From assembly GCA_044867485.1 (NCBI GenBank), contig JBIOVA010000218.1, positions 16,462 to 80,461 on the forward strand: a stretch of 64,000 nucleotides of DNA, written 5' to 3'. The stretch is from Lacipirellulaceae bacterium (GTDB taxonomy: Bacteria; Planctomycetota; Planctomycetia; Pirellulales; Lacipirellulaceae). Shown here piece by piece: positions 44,670 to 54,638 of the stretch. The notes below the pieces were generated by a model. The model did no database searches, was not told the DNA's origin, and saw only the letters and a program-made list of their open reading frames with translations. A program made the position numbers and the translations under genes. Position 1 is the stretch's first letter; each line of letters starts with the position of its first letter.

Positions 44670-44747
44670 GTGCAGTTTGCGGAAGCGAACCTGGAATGTG
44701 TTGGTGACCTCGGAAAACGATTGCCCGCAGGCGCCGCGCCGCCGCGG

Positions 44748-47201
44748 CTACGGTTTGAGCTCCACCGTGAGCTTCTCGAGCTGTCCCGTGAAGTTGAACG
44801 GGACCTGGTAGTCGTTGTCGTCGACGCTCGTGCGCGTATCCACTCCAACATCGAAGGACTCGTCGATCGTCATGAGGCCGGGGATGGTGTGCGGGATCTT
44901 CTTGCTATCAACTTGCTTGCCGTCCACCGACAGGACGCCGGCGCCGCCTTTGGCCATGCCGGGGCCGTCATAGGTGAAGTCAAACACGATGGTGTGTTTG
45001 CCGGGCGCGAGCGCGTCCTTGCCTTCCCAGCGGAATCGTTCCAGCGCCAGAAGATTGTAGGTAAACACAGGCTTACCCTTCAGCAGGTAAAGCCCGTAGC
45101 CGCCGAACCGGCCGCCGAGCGTGTTGAGCATTCCCTCGCCGCCGCCTGGAGGGATTTCCACCTCGGCGCTGATGGAATAGGACTTGGCGAGCGTGTTGGG
45201 CACGCTGCCGTCCGGCAGCCCGGACATTTCACCGGAATAGGTGAACACTGTCCGGCCGGCGGTCGAACTGGGTCGCGGCGTGATCAAGCGCGGGAGGACG
45301 GAATTGTCCAGCGGGAAAACCTGATACTTCTGCGCCTCCACCAGGAAGAGTTCCTGAAGTTCCTTCAGCTTCTCGGGATACTTGGCTGCGAGATCGGTGT
45401 TCTGCGAGTAATCTTCGGCGATGTTGTAGAGCTCCCATTTGTAGCCGTTGAGCACCTCCGGCATTGCAGCGGTGCCCATCAGCCATGGGGGCTGCGGAGG
45501 CGGCGTGCAGGCCATCCAGCCTTCGTGGTAGATCGCGCGGCTGCCGAACATCTCGAAGTATTGCGTCTCGCGCTGCGACGGCGCGTTGGCGCTCGCCTGG
45601 TCCCAGGTGTAGGCCATGCTTACGCCTTCGATCGGACTCTGCGCGATGCCATTGACCATCACCGGCGCTTGAATGCCGGTGGCTTCGAGGATCGTCGGCA
45701 CGACGTCGATCATGTGGTGAAACTGCGTGCGGACGCCGCCCACGTCCTTGACGCGCGCCGGCCACGACATGACCATGCCCTGTCGCGTGCCGCCGAAATA
45801 GGAGGCGACCTCCTTGGTCCATTTGAAGGGCGTGTCAAACGCCCACGTCCACGCCACCGCCATGTGAGGCGTCGTCACGTCCGAACCCAGGACGTCGTAG
45901 AACTTCAATTGTTCCTCCACCGGAACGTTGATGGCTTGAATCGCCGCCAAATCGAACGGCGTCCCGATCGTGGAGCCTTCGGGGCTGCATCCGTTGTCGC
46001 CCTCGATGTAAATGATGAGCGTGTTCTCCAGCTTGCCCAGGTCTTCCACGGCTTGGATGACGCGACCGATTTCGTGGTCGGTATAGGCGACGTACGCGGC
46101 GAACACCTCCGCCTGGCGGATGAACAACTTCTTCTCGTCAGCACTGAGGGTCTCCCATTTCGCCAAGCTGTCCGGCCAGGGCGTGAGTTGAGTGTTGGCC
46201 GGGATCACGCCGAGTTTTTTCTGATTGGCGAAGATGCTTTCGCGCAGCTCGTTCCAGCCTTTGTCGAACAGGTGCATGTCGCCGATCTTCTTGATCCATT
46301 CCTTCGTGGGATGATGCGGCGCGTGCGTGCCGCCGGGGACGTAATAGATGAAGAACGGCTTCTCCGGCGAAGCGGCGTTCAATCCCTTCATGTAACTAAT
46401 CGCCTCGTCCGCCATATCGGTCGTCAGGTTGTAGTCCGGCTTCCCGATCCACGGAAAGATCTGCGTATGATCGCGGAAGAGATACGGCGTCCACTGGTTG
46501 GTTTCGCCGCCCATGAACCCATAGAAATACTCAAATCCCATCCCGCTCGGCCATTGGTCGAACGGTCCGGCCAGGCTGTATTGGTAGGTTGGCGTGTTGT
46601 GGTTCTTGCCGAACCACGACGTCGAATAGCCATTGTCCCTGAGGATGGCGCCAATGGTGGCTTTGCTCTTGGGGATGACGCTATCGTATCCGGGATAGCC
46701 GGTGGATAATTCGGCGATCACGCCATTTCCCACCGAGTGGTGGTTTCGGCCGGTGATGAGCGCGGCTCGCGTGGGGGAGCAGAGCGCGGTGGAACAGAAC
46801 TGCGTGTAGCGCAAGCCTGCCTTCGCCAGGCGATCCATGGACGGCGTCGGGATGACGCCGCCAAAGGTGCTGGAGACGCCGTAGCCCGCGTCGTCGGTCA
46901 TGATCAGCAGCACGTTGGGCGCGCCCTTGGGCGGCACCACGGTCGGCGGCCAGGCGGGTTTGGAGTCCGCCGCGCTCATGTTGATCTTGCCGCTGAACGG
47001 CGGCGGTGGGTTCGGAATGTATCTTCCGTCAATCGTCGTCGTCGCGCTGGGCGAGCCCGGTTCGCCCGTCACTTCCTGCGCCCAGAGCGGCGTGGACGCG
47101 AACGTCCAATAGTGTGCCAGCGCCGCACCCACGACGAGCGACCAACGAAATGCTACACGCCGATAAGTCCTCGAGCGCCTTGATGCGAACATGGTGTTCA
47201 A
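44748..47201 (-). CDS. Secreted Cys-type arylsulfatase (CSPTR)
   Basis: PNVLLIMTDD, CSTALCSPTRAALITGRNHH, GKNH, EGDNG, FDVGVD C-terminal domain. Confidence 0.93.
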   Translation of the reverse strand: MNTMFASRRSRTYRRVAFRWSLVVGAALAHYWTFASTPLWAQEVTGEPGSPSATTTIDGRYIPNPPPPFSGKINMSAADSKPAWPPTVVPPKGAPNVLLIMTDDAGYGVSSTFGGVIPTPSMDRLAKAGLRYTQFCSTALCSPTRAALITGRNHHSVGNGVIAELSTGYPGYDSVIPKSKATIGAILRDNGYSTSWFGKNHNTPTYQYSLAGPFDQWPSGMGFEYFYGFMGGETNQWTPYLFRDHTQIFPWIGKPDYNLTTDMADEAISYMKGLNAASPEKPFFIYYVPGGTHAPHHPTKEWIKKIGDMHLFDKGWNELRESIFANQKKLGVIPANTQLTPWPDSLAKWETLSADEKKLFIRQAEVFAAYVAYTDHEIGRVIQAVEDLGKLENTLIIYIEGDNGCSPEGSTIGTPFDLAAIQAINVPVEEQLKFYDVLGSDVTTPHMAVAWTWAFDTPFKWTKEVASYFGGTRQGMVMSWPARVKDVGGVRTQFHHMIDVVPTILEATGIQAPVMVNGIAQSPIEGVSMAYTWDQASANAPSQRETQYFEMFGSRAIYHEGWMACTPPPQPPWLMGTAAMPEVLNGYKWELYNIAEDYSQNTDLAAKYPEKLKELQELFLVEAQKYQVFPLDNSVLPRLITPRPSSTAGRTVFTYSGEMSGLPDGSVPNTLAKSYSISAEVEIPPGGGEGMLNTLGGRFGGYGLYLLKGKPVFTYNLLALERFRWEGKDALAPGKHTIVFDFTYDGPGMAKGGAGVLSVDGKQVDSKKIPHTIPGLMTIDESFDVGVDTRTSVDDNDYQVPFNFTGQLEKLTVELKP

Positions 47202-47273
47202 TCCTTCGTTGGAAGTCAGCGGTTCGTTGAAGGTTAGCGGCGATACGGCGATCCGGACTCCGCCACGGACGCC

Positions 47274-47630
47274 TCACTCCTGCAGCCAGGCCCAGGCGGC
47301 GCCCATTTCGCCGGCGTCGAAGTACTTGATCGTGGCCATCGTGAACGGCTTGCAGACCTTCGCCATCCAGACCTCCCACTCTTCCTCGCCGACGAGCGCG
47401 ATCTTCTCAATCTTCGTACAGTGGGTCGTCGAGAATTTGATGTCGTCCCACAACGCGTGGGCGTCCCAGCCGTGGAAATCGTGGAACTGGGCCAGGATGC
47501 GCACCTTGCCGTCCTTGGCGATCGCCGCGTCAACCGCGGGGACGAACGTCTTGTAATCCGCGTCGTGCAGCTTGCCCGACAGCTTGAACGCCAGAATTTT
47601 GTCCGACGGCGCGTTGAGCGTTTCGATCAT
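47274..47630 (-). CDS. STAS/SEC14 (SpoIIAA-like) domain protein
   Basis: LAFKLSGKLHDADY...FHGWDAHALWDDIKF...KIALVGE..W..F...AAWAWL. Confidence 0.88.
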   Translation of the reverse strand: MIETLNAPSDKILAFKLSGKLHDADYKTFVPAVDAAIAKDGKVRILAQFHDFHGWDAHALWDDIKFSTTHCTKIEKIALVGEEEWEVWMAKVCKPFTMATIKYFDAGEMGAAWAWLQE

Positions 47631-47774
47631 GGCACGAATCCTTGACTTGGAGTGATGGGGAACGACCCAGCCGCCCGGGGCGGTGCACGCCGCTCGCTAG
47701 CCTATCCGATGCGACGCGGCCTGCCCAGGATCGGCGTCGTTATCCGCGACGCCGGCTTGGCCATTTCGCGCCGG

Positions 47775-49472
47775 TTACTTGGCCGCCTCGCCCTCCGATG
47801 TTTCCGCGTCCGCCGCCGCGGGCAACGGCAGGATCGCGCGCAACTCTCGTTCCATCCGGATCTCCTTCATCGTCTCGTCCATGATCGTCGCCGGGTTGAA
47901 GCTCGGCGGGATCGATCGCGGCGGGAACTCCTTGAACGTCGCCGCAAACTGCACGATCTCGTCCATCACGCCGTACATGTTTTGTACGTGGTTGAGCTGC
48001 CAGTCCCAGAACGTGTTGGACGTGATGTCCGCCCGCTCATAGGGGTCTTGGAAGAGATTGAAGATTTTTTGCAGGCGGAGCTTCGTGAACGGCTCGGCCC
48101 ATACCTGCATCGTGCCGGGGGCGCGCTGCTCCTCGAACACGTACTTGTAGTCGCCCTGGCGGTAGCCCACGAGCTCGCTGTCGTCGTCGGTGTAGAAGAA
48201 GTTATTTCGGGCGCTCTTGGCGCCATTGCTCTTGCCGACCGTGCCCTCGACCGTCGTGAGGAACTTGCTCTGGTCGTAGCCGTCCAGGTGCACCTTGTAG
48301 CTGACGCCGTTGGCCGTGTAGCCTGCCTTGAGTTTTCCGACGATCTCCGGCTCGCCGGCGATGGCGCACAGCGTGGGGACCCAGTCGTTGTGACTCATCA
48401 GCTCATTGGTCACCGTGCCGGGTTTGATGTGATTCGGCCAGCGCACGAGGCACGGCACGCGGAAGGCGCCTTCCCAGTTGGTGTTTTTCTCGCTGCGGAA
48501 CGGCGTCATGGCGCCGTCCGGCCAGGTGTTCATGTGCGGTCCGTTGTCGCTGGAGTAGACGACAATCGTGTTGTTGGCGATCCCCATCTCGTCGAGCGCC
48601 TTGAGAATTGACCCAATCGTGTCGTCGTGCTCGATCATCCCGTCGATGTACTCGCTGTCTCCGTGCGTGTACCGGCCGCGATGCTCGGCCCTCACGTGCG
48701 TGCGGAGGTGCATCCGCGTCGCGTTGAACCAGCAGAAGAACGGCTTGCCCGCTGCGTGCTGCCGCTTCATGTAGTCGATGGCCGCGGCGCTCGTTTCGTC
48801 GTCGATCGTTTCCATCCGCTTCTTGGTGAGCGGGCCGGTGTCCTCGATCGTCTGCTTGCCGATTTTGCCGAACCGCGGATCGACGGTCGGATCGTCGACG
48901 GCCGTCGCCTTGCAGCGCAGCACGCCTCGCGGTCCAAACTTGGCCCGGTACGCAGGATCCTTGGGATAGTCCGGCAGCTCCGGCTCCTCCTCGGCGTTGA
49001 GGTGGTAGAGATTGCCGAAGAACTCGTCGAAGCCATTGACGGTGGGGAGCGTCTCGTTGCGATCGCCGACATGGTTCTTTCCGAACTGACCGGTGGCGTA
49101 ACCGAGGTTCTTGAGCAGCCCGCCGATCGATGGATCGAGCTGGCTCATCCCCATGGGCGCACTGGGGAACCCGACTTTCGTCAGCCCCGTGCGCAGCCCA
49201 TGCTGCCCGGTGAGAAACGCGGCGCGGCCCGCCGTGCAGCTTTGCTCGCCGTAGTAATGGAGGAAACGGAGTCCCTCGTTCGCGATGCGATCAATATTGG
49301 GCGTTTCGTAGCCCATGACGCCGTCGCTGTAGGCGCTGACGTTGGCGATGCCGATGTCATCGCCGAAGATCACCAGGATATTCGGCTTGCCTCCCGCCGG
49401 CTGAGCGATTGCCGTGGAGCGGCACGCGACCAGCACGGCCGCCGCTAAAGCGAACAGTTGCAACGTTTTCAT
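47775..49472 (-). CDS. Secreted Cys-type arylsulfatase (SCTAGR)
   Basis: PNILVIFGDD, YGEQSCTAGRAAF, FGKNHVGD, SDNG, KNTNWEGAFRVP, HLDG. Confidence 0.93.
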   Translation of the reverse strand: MKTLQLFALAAAVLVACRSTAIAQPAGGKPNILVIFGDDIGIANVSAYSDGVMGYETPNIDRIANEGLRFLHYYGEQSCTAGRAAFLTGQHGLRTGLTKVGFPSAPMGMSQLDPSIGGLLKNLGYATGQFGKNHVGDRNETLPTVNGFDEFFGNLYHLNAEEEPELPDYPKDPAYRAKFGPRGVLRCKATAVDDPTVDPRFGKIGKQTIEDTGPLTKKRMETIDDETSAAAIDYMKRQHAAGKPFFCWFNATRMHLRTHVRAEHRGRYTHGDSEYIDGMIEHDDTIGSILKALDEMGIANNTIVVYSSDNGPHMNTWPDGAMTPFRSEKNTNWEGAFRVPCLVRWPNHIKPGTVTNELMSHNDWVPTLCAIAGEPEIVGKLKAGYTANGVSYKVHLDGYDQSKFLTTVEGTVGKSNGAKSARNNFFYTDDDSELVGYRQGDYKYVFEEQRAPGTMQVWAEPFTKLRLQKIFNLFQDPYERADITSNTFWDWQLNHVQNMYGVMDEIVQFAATFKEFPPRSIPPSFNPATIMDETMKEIRMERELRAILPLPAAADAETSEGEAAK

Positions 49473-49508
49473 GAATAGGCTCCCGTCAATCAATCAGTCA
49501 GAATGCGC

Positions 49509-49546
49509 AACGCGCAGGCGTACGAAACCGCGTACGCCTGCGCGTT
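49509..49546. repeat. Perfect 16-bp intergenic hairpin
   Basis: AACGCGCAGGCGTACG-AAACCG-CGTACGCCTGCGCGTT between two co-oriented sulfatase genes; no U-tract. Confidence 0.8.
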
Positions 49547-49643
49547 CAATTCGCACAGTCCTCGGTCATTCGTCGCATCATTGCCTGGAGCAAGCGGTCC
49601 TTGCGGACCGCCCGCTTCGTTCCATCAAGTTTGTCCCGGACGC

Positions 49644-51365
49644 TTACTGACTCGGGTTGCGGTGCCCCATGTCCTTGATCTGCTGCAAAATCTGGTCGAG
49701 GTTGTAACTCGCCGCCTGTTGCAGCGGGGGGAAGTCTTTGTAGGACATGAGCTCCTTCTCCCACAGCACCTGGCCGATGGGCAGCAAGTTCCAGTCATAG
49801 ACGTAGGCCGTGGTGGGGCCAGCGAGTGCTCCGGCCACGGAGAAGAGGGTCTTCTGGTCCTGGCCCACGGCCGCCTCGAACGGGTCGCGCAGGATGTTCT
49901 GGACCTGGGTCCACTTATAGGGCACGGGCGGCGCAAAGGAGCCGGCAGGAGTCTCGCCGGTCATGGCGTAGTAGAACTTCCAGTTCTTGTACCGCACCGC
50001 CGACGGCACCGACCCCATGTAGTAGAAGAAGGTGTCGCGCGCCGACTTCTCCGACTTGCCGCTCAGATAGTCGATCTGGTTGACGCCGTCGAGCTTGGTC
50101 TTCAGGATGCCCGGGTACTTGCCGGCCATGATCTGCTCGTTCAGGGCGTTGCCCTTGGGTCCGCCGGCGATTTCGACGAACGTGGGCAGCCAGTCGAGCG
50201 CGGCGAAGATTTCCTTGTAGACCGTGCCCGGCTTGATGACCCCCGGCCAGCGGATGACGCACGGGGCGCGCATGCCGCCCTCCCAGGTGGTCAGCTTCCC
50301 GGCCTTGAACGGGGTGACGCCGCCGTCGGGGAAGGTGATCTGCTCGGCGCCGTTGTCGGTCGTGAAGACGACGATGGTGTTGTCGAGTTGCCCCATGTCC
50401 TCGAGCTTCTTGAGGACGGCGCCGATGTTGTCGTCCATTTGCTTCATGCCGACCTCGTTGATGCCCCAGTCCTTGCCGCCCTTGACGCCCAGCATGTCCT
50501 CATACTTTTTCGAGAACACCGTCGTGATGTGCATCCGCGCCGGGTTGTAGTAGCAGAAGAACGGCTTGCCGGTTTTCTTCGGGTCGTTGCGGTCGAGGAA
50601 ATCGATCACCTTGGCGGAGATTTCTTCGTCGACGGTCTTCGACCGTTCGAGCGTCAGCGGGCCTTCATCCGTGCCCATCTGCTTCGCCGCCGTGCCGTCG
50701 GGGGACTTCATCCACAGCACCGGACGCGGGGCGGCCATGCACACGCCGTCCTGCGGGTCGATGGCGCCGGGGGGATCGGGGATGCCGGGAATGGGCGCCA
50801 TCTTCATGGGCGGCACGACTGCCTGATCGGTCGGGCTCTTGTTGATGTCGGGGAAGCTCACCCCCTGCATGGCATCCAAGTGATAGAGGTAGCCCCAGAA
50901 TTCCTGGAAACCGTGCGCCGTCGGCAGGGAGTCCGCGTGGTCGCCCAGGTGGTTCTTGCCGAACTGGCCGGTGGTGTAGCCGAGATCCAGCATGAACTGC
51001 CCGATGCACGGGGTGCCGGGGCGCAGATACGAAATGGCGCCCGGCAACTGCGGCAGGAGCATGCCCGCCCGCATCGGGTTCATGCCGGTGACGAACGCGC
51101 AGCGCCCGGCGGTGCAGCTCGACTCGGAGTAGTAGTGCATGAACATGCCGCCTTCCCGGGCGATGCGGTCGATGTTCGGGGTCTCGCCGACCATCAGGCT
51201 CCGGTGATAACAACTCGGCTGCATCCAGCCGATGTCGTCGCCCATGATGAACAGGATGTTGGGCTTCTTCGCCGCGGGCGCTTGCCCAGCGACTTGCTCG
51301 CCCCGCAAAGAGACGAAGGAAAGCGCCAGCAGAATTGCCGCGCACGACGTGACGCTGATGCGCAT
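49644..51365 (-). CDS. Secreted Cys-type arylsulfatase (SCTAGR)
   Basis: PNILFIMGDD, YSESSCTAGRCAF, FGKNHLGD, TDNG, KLTTWEGGMRAP. Confidence 0.93.
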   Translation of the reverse strand: MRISVTSCAAILLALSFVSLRGEQVAGQAPAAKKPNILFIMGDDIGWMQPSCYHRSLMVGETPNIDRIAREGGMFMHYYSESSCTAGRCAFVTGMNPMRAGMLLPQLPGAISYLRPGTPCIGQFMLDLGYTTGQFGKNHLGDHADSLPTAHGFQEFWGYLYHLDAMQGVSFPDINKSPTDQAVVPPMKMAPIPGIPDPPGAIDPQDGVCMAAPRPVLWMKSPDGTAAKQMGTDEGPLTLERSKTVDEEISAKVIDFLDRNDPKKTGKPFFCYYNPARMHITTVFSKKYEDMLGVKGGKDWGINEVGMKQMDDNIGAVLKKLEDMGQLDNTIVVFTTDNGAEQITFPDGGVTPFKAGKLTTWEGGMRAPCVIRWPGVIKPGTVYKEIFAALDWLPTFVEIAGGPKGNALNEQIMAGKYPGILKTKLDGVNQIDYLSGKSEKSARDTFFYYMGSVPSAVRYKNWKFYYAMTGETPAGSFAPPVPYKWTQVQNILRDPFEAAVGQDQKTLFSVAGALAGPTTAYVYDWNLLPIGQVLWEKELMSYKDFPPLQQAASYNLDQILQQIKDMGHRNPSQ

Positions 51366-51619
51366 GACGAAGCCTCCCGTGAAGGTGCCGCGCGGAGGGC
51401 TGCATCCGTGCAGAAGAAATCCGGGCCACTTCCCCGAACCCGGGTCACCCCGCGCACAGCACGAAGGTTTACCCGACTCGCGAGGGGTTTACCACAAGAT
51501 TTCGAGAAACCTTCACATCCCCGCAAGGGAAATAACGGCGGCGCGCAAATGACGCCCCCGCAATTGCGACCATTCGGCCCGCAAATGCGAGTGGCGATCC
51601 ATGAACCTGGCGTGGTCCG

Positions 51620-54007
51620 TCACTCTGGCTGCAAATCGACGGTCACCTGCTTGATGGCGCCGTTGAAGCGGAACGGCGGCGTGTAGGCGTCGTCGACGGC
51701 CGACCCCGTGTCCTCGCCCACGTCGAGCGCTCCGCCCAGCCCCAGCGAGATGCCCTGCGTCTGCGCGATCCGACCCTCGCCGACCTTTTGGTCGTTAACG
51801 AACAGCGACATCACGCCGCCCTTGCCCATGCCGCCGCCGTCGTACTTGAACTCGCCGCGCAGCTTGACGGGCCCGCTCGGCAGCGCCGCGCTTGACGTCA
51901 CGCGCGTGATTGTTCGACCCAGAAAGTTTCCCGCGAACACGGCCTTGCCGTCGCGGACGTAGAGGCCGTACCCGCCGTCGCTGCCGCCCATCGAGAAGAC
52001 GGCGCCTTCGCTCTCGCCGCCCTTGGCTTCGACGTCGGCCGTGATCGCGAACGACTTGTTGAGCACATTGGGCGCGCTGCCTGCCGGCAACGCGACCGTC
52101 CCGGGGTAGTAAGTGAACGACGTCCGCTTGCCCGCCAGCGACGGGCGCCCCTGCAGCTCGCCGTTGAGCCGCTCGGTTTTCCGCCCATCGAGGGGCAGCA
52201 CGCTGTAGCGCGCCGCCTCGGTCCACCACAGGTCCTGCAGCTCGCGGAGCTTTTCAGGATTGCCGCTGGCCAGGTCGTTGGCCTGGCTGAAGTCTTCGTC
52301 GAGGTTGTACAGCTCCCAAGTGGCCGTATCGGGATTGGCCGGCTTGGCGCTGCCTTCCCAGGGAATGTTGACCCGGGAGGCCGCCCACCAGCCGTCGTGG
52401 TAAATGCCGCGGTTGATGAACATCTCGAAGTACTGCGTGCGGCGTCGGCCCGGTGCGTCCGTTTTGTCGAACGAGTACACCATCGACACTCCCTCGAGCG
52501 GCTTTTGCGCGACGCCGTTGAGCTGCTCGGGGAACGGGATGCCGACGGCCTCGTAAATTGTCGGGGCAATGTCGATCACATGGTGAAATTGCGACCGCAC
52601 GCCGCCGCGATCCTTGATCCGCGCCGGCCAGGACACGGCAATGGGGTTCCGCACGCCGCCCAGGTGCGAGGCGATCTGCTTGGTCCACTGGAACGGCGTG
52701 TTCATCGCCCACGCCCACCCGGCAGGGAAGTGGTTGAAGTGCTTCGGCCCGCCGAGCTCGTCGATGTGCTTGAGATTGTCCTGCAGCGACTCCGGCACGT
52801 TGTTGAAAAACGAATTCTCGTTCAAGAGGCCCACCAGCCCGCCCTCGGCCGACGCGCCGTTGTCGCCGACCTCGTAGAAGATGAGCGTGTTGTCCGCGTC
52901 CGGCAGCGACTTGACCACGTCGAGGAGCCGTCCCATCTCGGCGTCGGTCTGCTCCGTGAACGCCGCGAACACTTCCATCATCCGCGCGAACAGCCGCTTC
53001 TGATCCGCGGAGAGCGAATCCCACGCGGGCAATTGTTCGGGCCGTTTCGTCAGTTGCGCGTTGGGCGGGACGACGCCGAGCTGCTTCTGCCGGGCGAAAG
53101 TTTGCTCGCGGTAGGCGTCCCAGCCCATGCTGAACTTGCCTTTCTGCTTCGCGACGTACTCTGGCGACACCTGATGCGGCGCGTGCGTGGCGCCGGTCGA
53201 CATGTACAAGAAGAAGGGTTTGTCAGGTGCGATCGACCGCGTACGGCGGAGCCACGCGATGGCCTTGTCCACGAGGTCCACGGTGAGGATGTACTTCGGA
53301 TCGGTCGACCGCGGGACGAGATTGTGGTTCTCGTACAACGTCGGCTGCCACTGATCCATGTCTCCGCCCATGAATCCGTAGAAGTAGTCGAACCCCAGCC
53401 CGCTCGGCCAGCGATCGAACGGGCCCGCCTGGCTCGTTTCCCAGTCGGGCGTGTTGTGGTTCTTGCCGAACCACGCCGTGGCGTACCCGTTCTGCCGCAG
53501 CACCTCGGCGATCGTCCCGACGTTCTTGCCGATGATGCCGGTGTACCCGTCGTACCCTGTGGCCGCCTCGGTGATCACGCCGTTGCCGGTCGAGTGATGG
53601 TTGCGCCCCGTGAGCAGCGCCGCGCGCGTGGGCGAGCAGAGCGCCGTGGTGTGAAATCGCGTGTAACGCAGCCCCTCGTTGGCGATGCGATCGAGCGCGG
53701 GCGTCGGCACTTGTCCGCCGAACGTGCCGAACTGCCCGTACCCGGCGTCGTCGATCAGGATGAACACGATGTTGGGCGCGCCCTTGGGCGGCTGCACCGG
53801 TTGCGGGAACTCCGGCGGATCGCTCTCGGCGATCGTCCGCCCGATGCTCCCCTGGTAGCGAAAATCGGGGAACGGCAGCACGTGCGTCGTGCCATGCGCC
53901 GCGGCGCGGGCCACTGGATCGCCGGCTGGCGGACTTTGGCCTCTGGCTGACATCCCGATTCCGATCAACACAATCGACGCCGCGACGATCGGAAAGAGCG
54001 TTTTCAT
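51620..54007 (-). CDS. Secreted Cys-type arylsulfatase (CSPTR)
   Basis: Start MKTLFPIVAAS after a GAAGGA SD. PNIVFILIDD, HTTALCSPTRAALLTGRNHH, GDNG, LDVGED. Confidence 0.93.
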   Translation of the reverse strand: MKTLFPIVAASIVLIGIGMSARGQSPPAGDPVARAAAHGTTHVLPFPDFRYQGSIGRTIAESDPPEFPQPVQPPKGAPNIVFILIDDAGYGQFGTFGGQVPTPALDRIANEGLRYTRFHTTALCSPTRAALLTGRNHHSTGNGVITEAATGYDGYTGIIGKNVGTIAEVLRQNGYATAWFGKNHNTPDWETSQAGPFDRWPSGLGFDYFYGFMGGDMDQWQPTLYENHNLVPRSTDPKYILTVDLVDKAIAWLRRTRSIAPDKPFFLYMSTGATHAPHQVSPEYVAKQKGKFSMGWDAYREQTFARQKQLGVVPPNAQLTKRPEQLPAWDSLSADQKRLFARMMEVFAAFTEQTDAEMGRLLDVVKSLPDADNTLIFYEVGDNGASAEGGLVGLLNENSFFNNVPESLQDNLKHIDELGGPKHFNHFPAGWAWAMNTPFQWTKQIASHLGGVRNPIAVSWPARIKDRGGVRSQFHHVIDIAPTIYEAVGIPFPEQLNGVAQKPLEGVSMVYSFDKTDAPGRRRTQYFEMFINRGIYHDGWWAASRVNIPWEGSAKPANPDTATWELYNLDEDFSQANDLASGNPEKLRELQDLWWTEAARYSVLPLDGRKTERLNGELQGRPSLAGKRTSFTYYPGTVALPAGSAPNVLNKSFAITADVEAKGGESEGAVFSMGGSDGGYGLYVRDGKAVFAGNFLGRTITRVTSSAALPSGPVKLRGEFKYDGGGMGKGGVMSLFVNDQKVGEGRIAQTQGISLGLGGALDVGEDTGSAVDDAYTPPFRFNGAIKQVTVDLQPE

Positions 54008-54435
54008 AACAATTCCTTCGCACGAGGTCGGGAAGAGCGCTGGGGCGGCGGGCGTGCCGCAGATGGCAGAGCGGTGACAAGAAAGCGCGGCAGCGAAATA
54101 GGTCATAGCACACACGCCGCCAGAATACGTCTCAAAGGGTACCGCATCTGATCCGGATTTTCCACGATCCACCAGAATTCAAGCACTTGCTCCCTGCCGA
54201 GGACGCTCGTGCAAGAAATTCCAGAGTGTTTTCCGCAGCTCGATCAAGATGACGCGAAATGCTTGGTTGATGACGCATCGCGACGTCGCGTTTTATCCCC
54301 GCGAGTCCGGAATGGCCTTCGCAGACTTCGCGTTCTTCGCAATCCCCGTCGGCGGGCGCCTGATGTTTTGCGTCCCGCGCCGTGCAATTCTGCGCCGAGC
54401 GCGCACCATGTCGTGTCTTGGGGACAAGCAGAGCC

Positions 54436-54441
54436 TATAAT
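54436..54441 (+). promoter_or_regulatory. Possible -10 element upstream of the giant exoprotein gene
   Basis: Perfect TATAAT in GC-rich DNA about 200 nt before ATG 54639. No good -35 element. Confidence 0.3.
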
Positions 54442-54638
54442 CCGCCCATCGCATCACACGCCTCGCCGCCGTCGCACTCTTGGGGATCCGGCGGGCGTTA
54501 TCGCGCCAACGTGAACGCTCGCGGCTGAGCAATCGCTTCTCGCCGCCGCGATCCGTGCCGCACGGTTGCGGGCTCGACAGACTCGAAGCCTTTCTTTCCC
54601 GTCGCCTGGGTCGCACTTCCGTTGGGAGACTAATCCAG

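Noticed and set aside
47628-47646. TGGCACGAATCCTTG sigma-54-like site
   Set aside because: The GG-to-GC spacing is off, the -12 GC is missing, it overlaps a start codon and it faces away from the local genes.
51466-51493. GGTTTACC direct repeat at 20-bp spacing upstream of the 49644-51365 sulfatase
   Set aside because: Only two 8-mers and no second occurrence noticed; too weak to call an operator.
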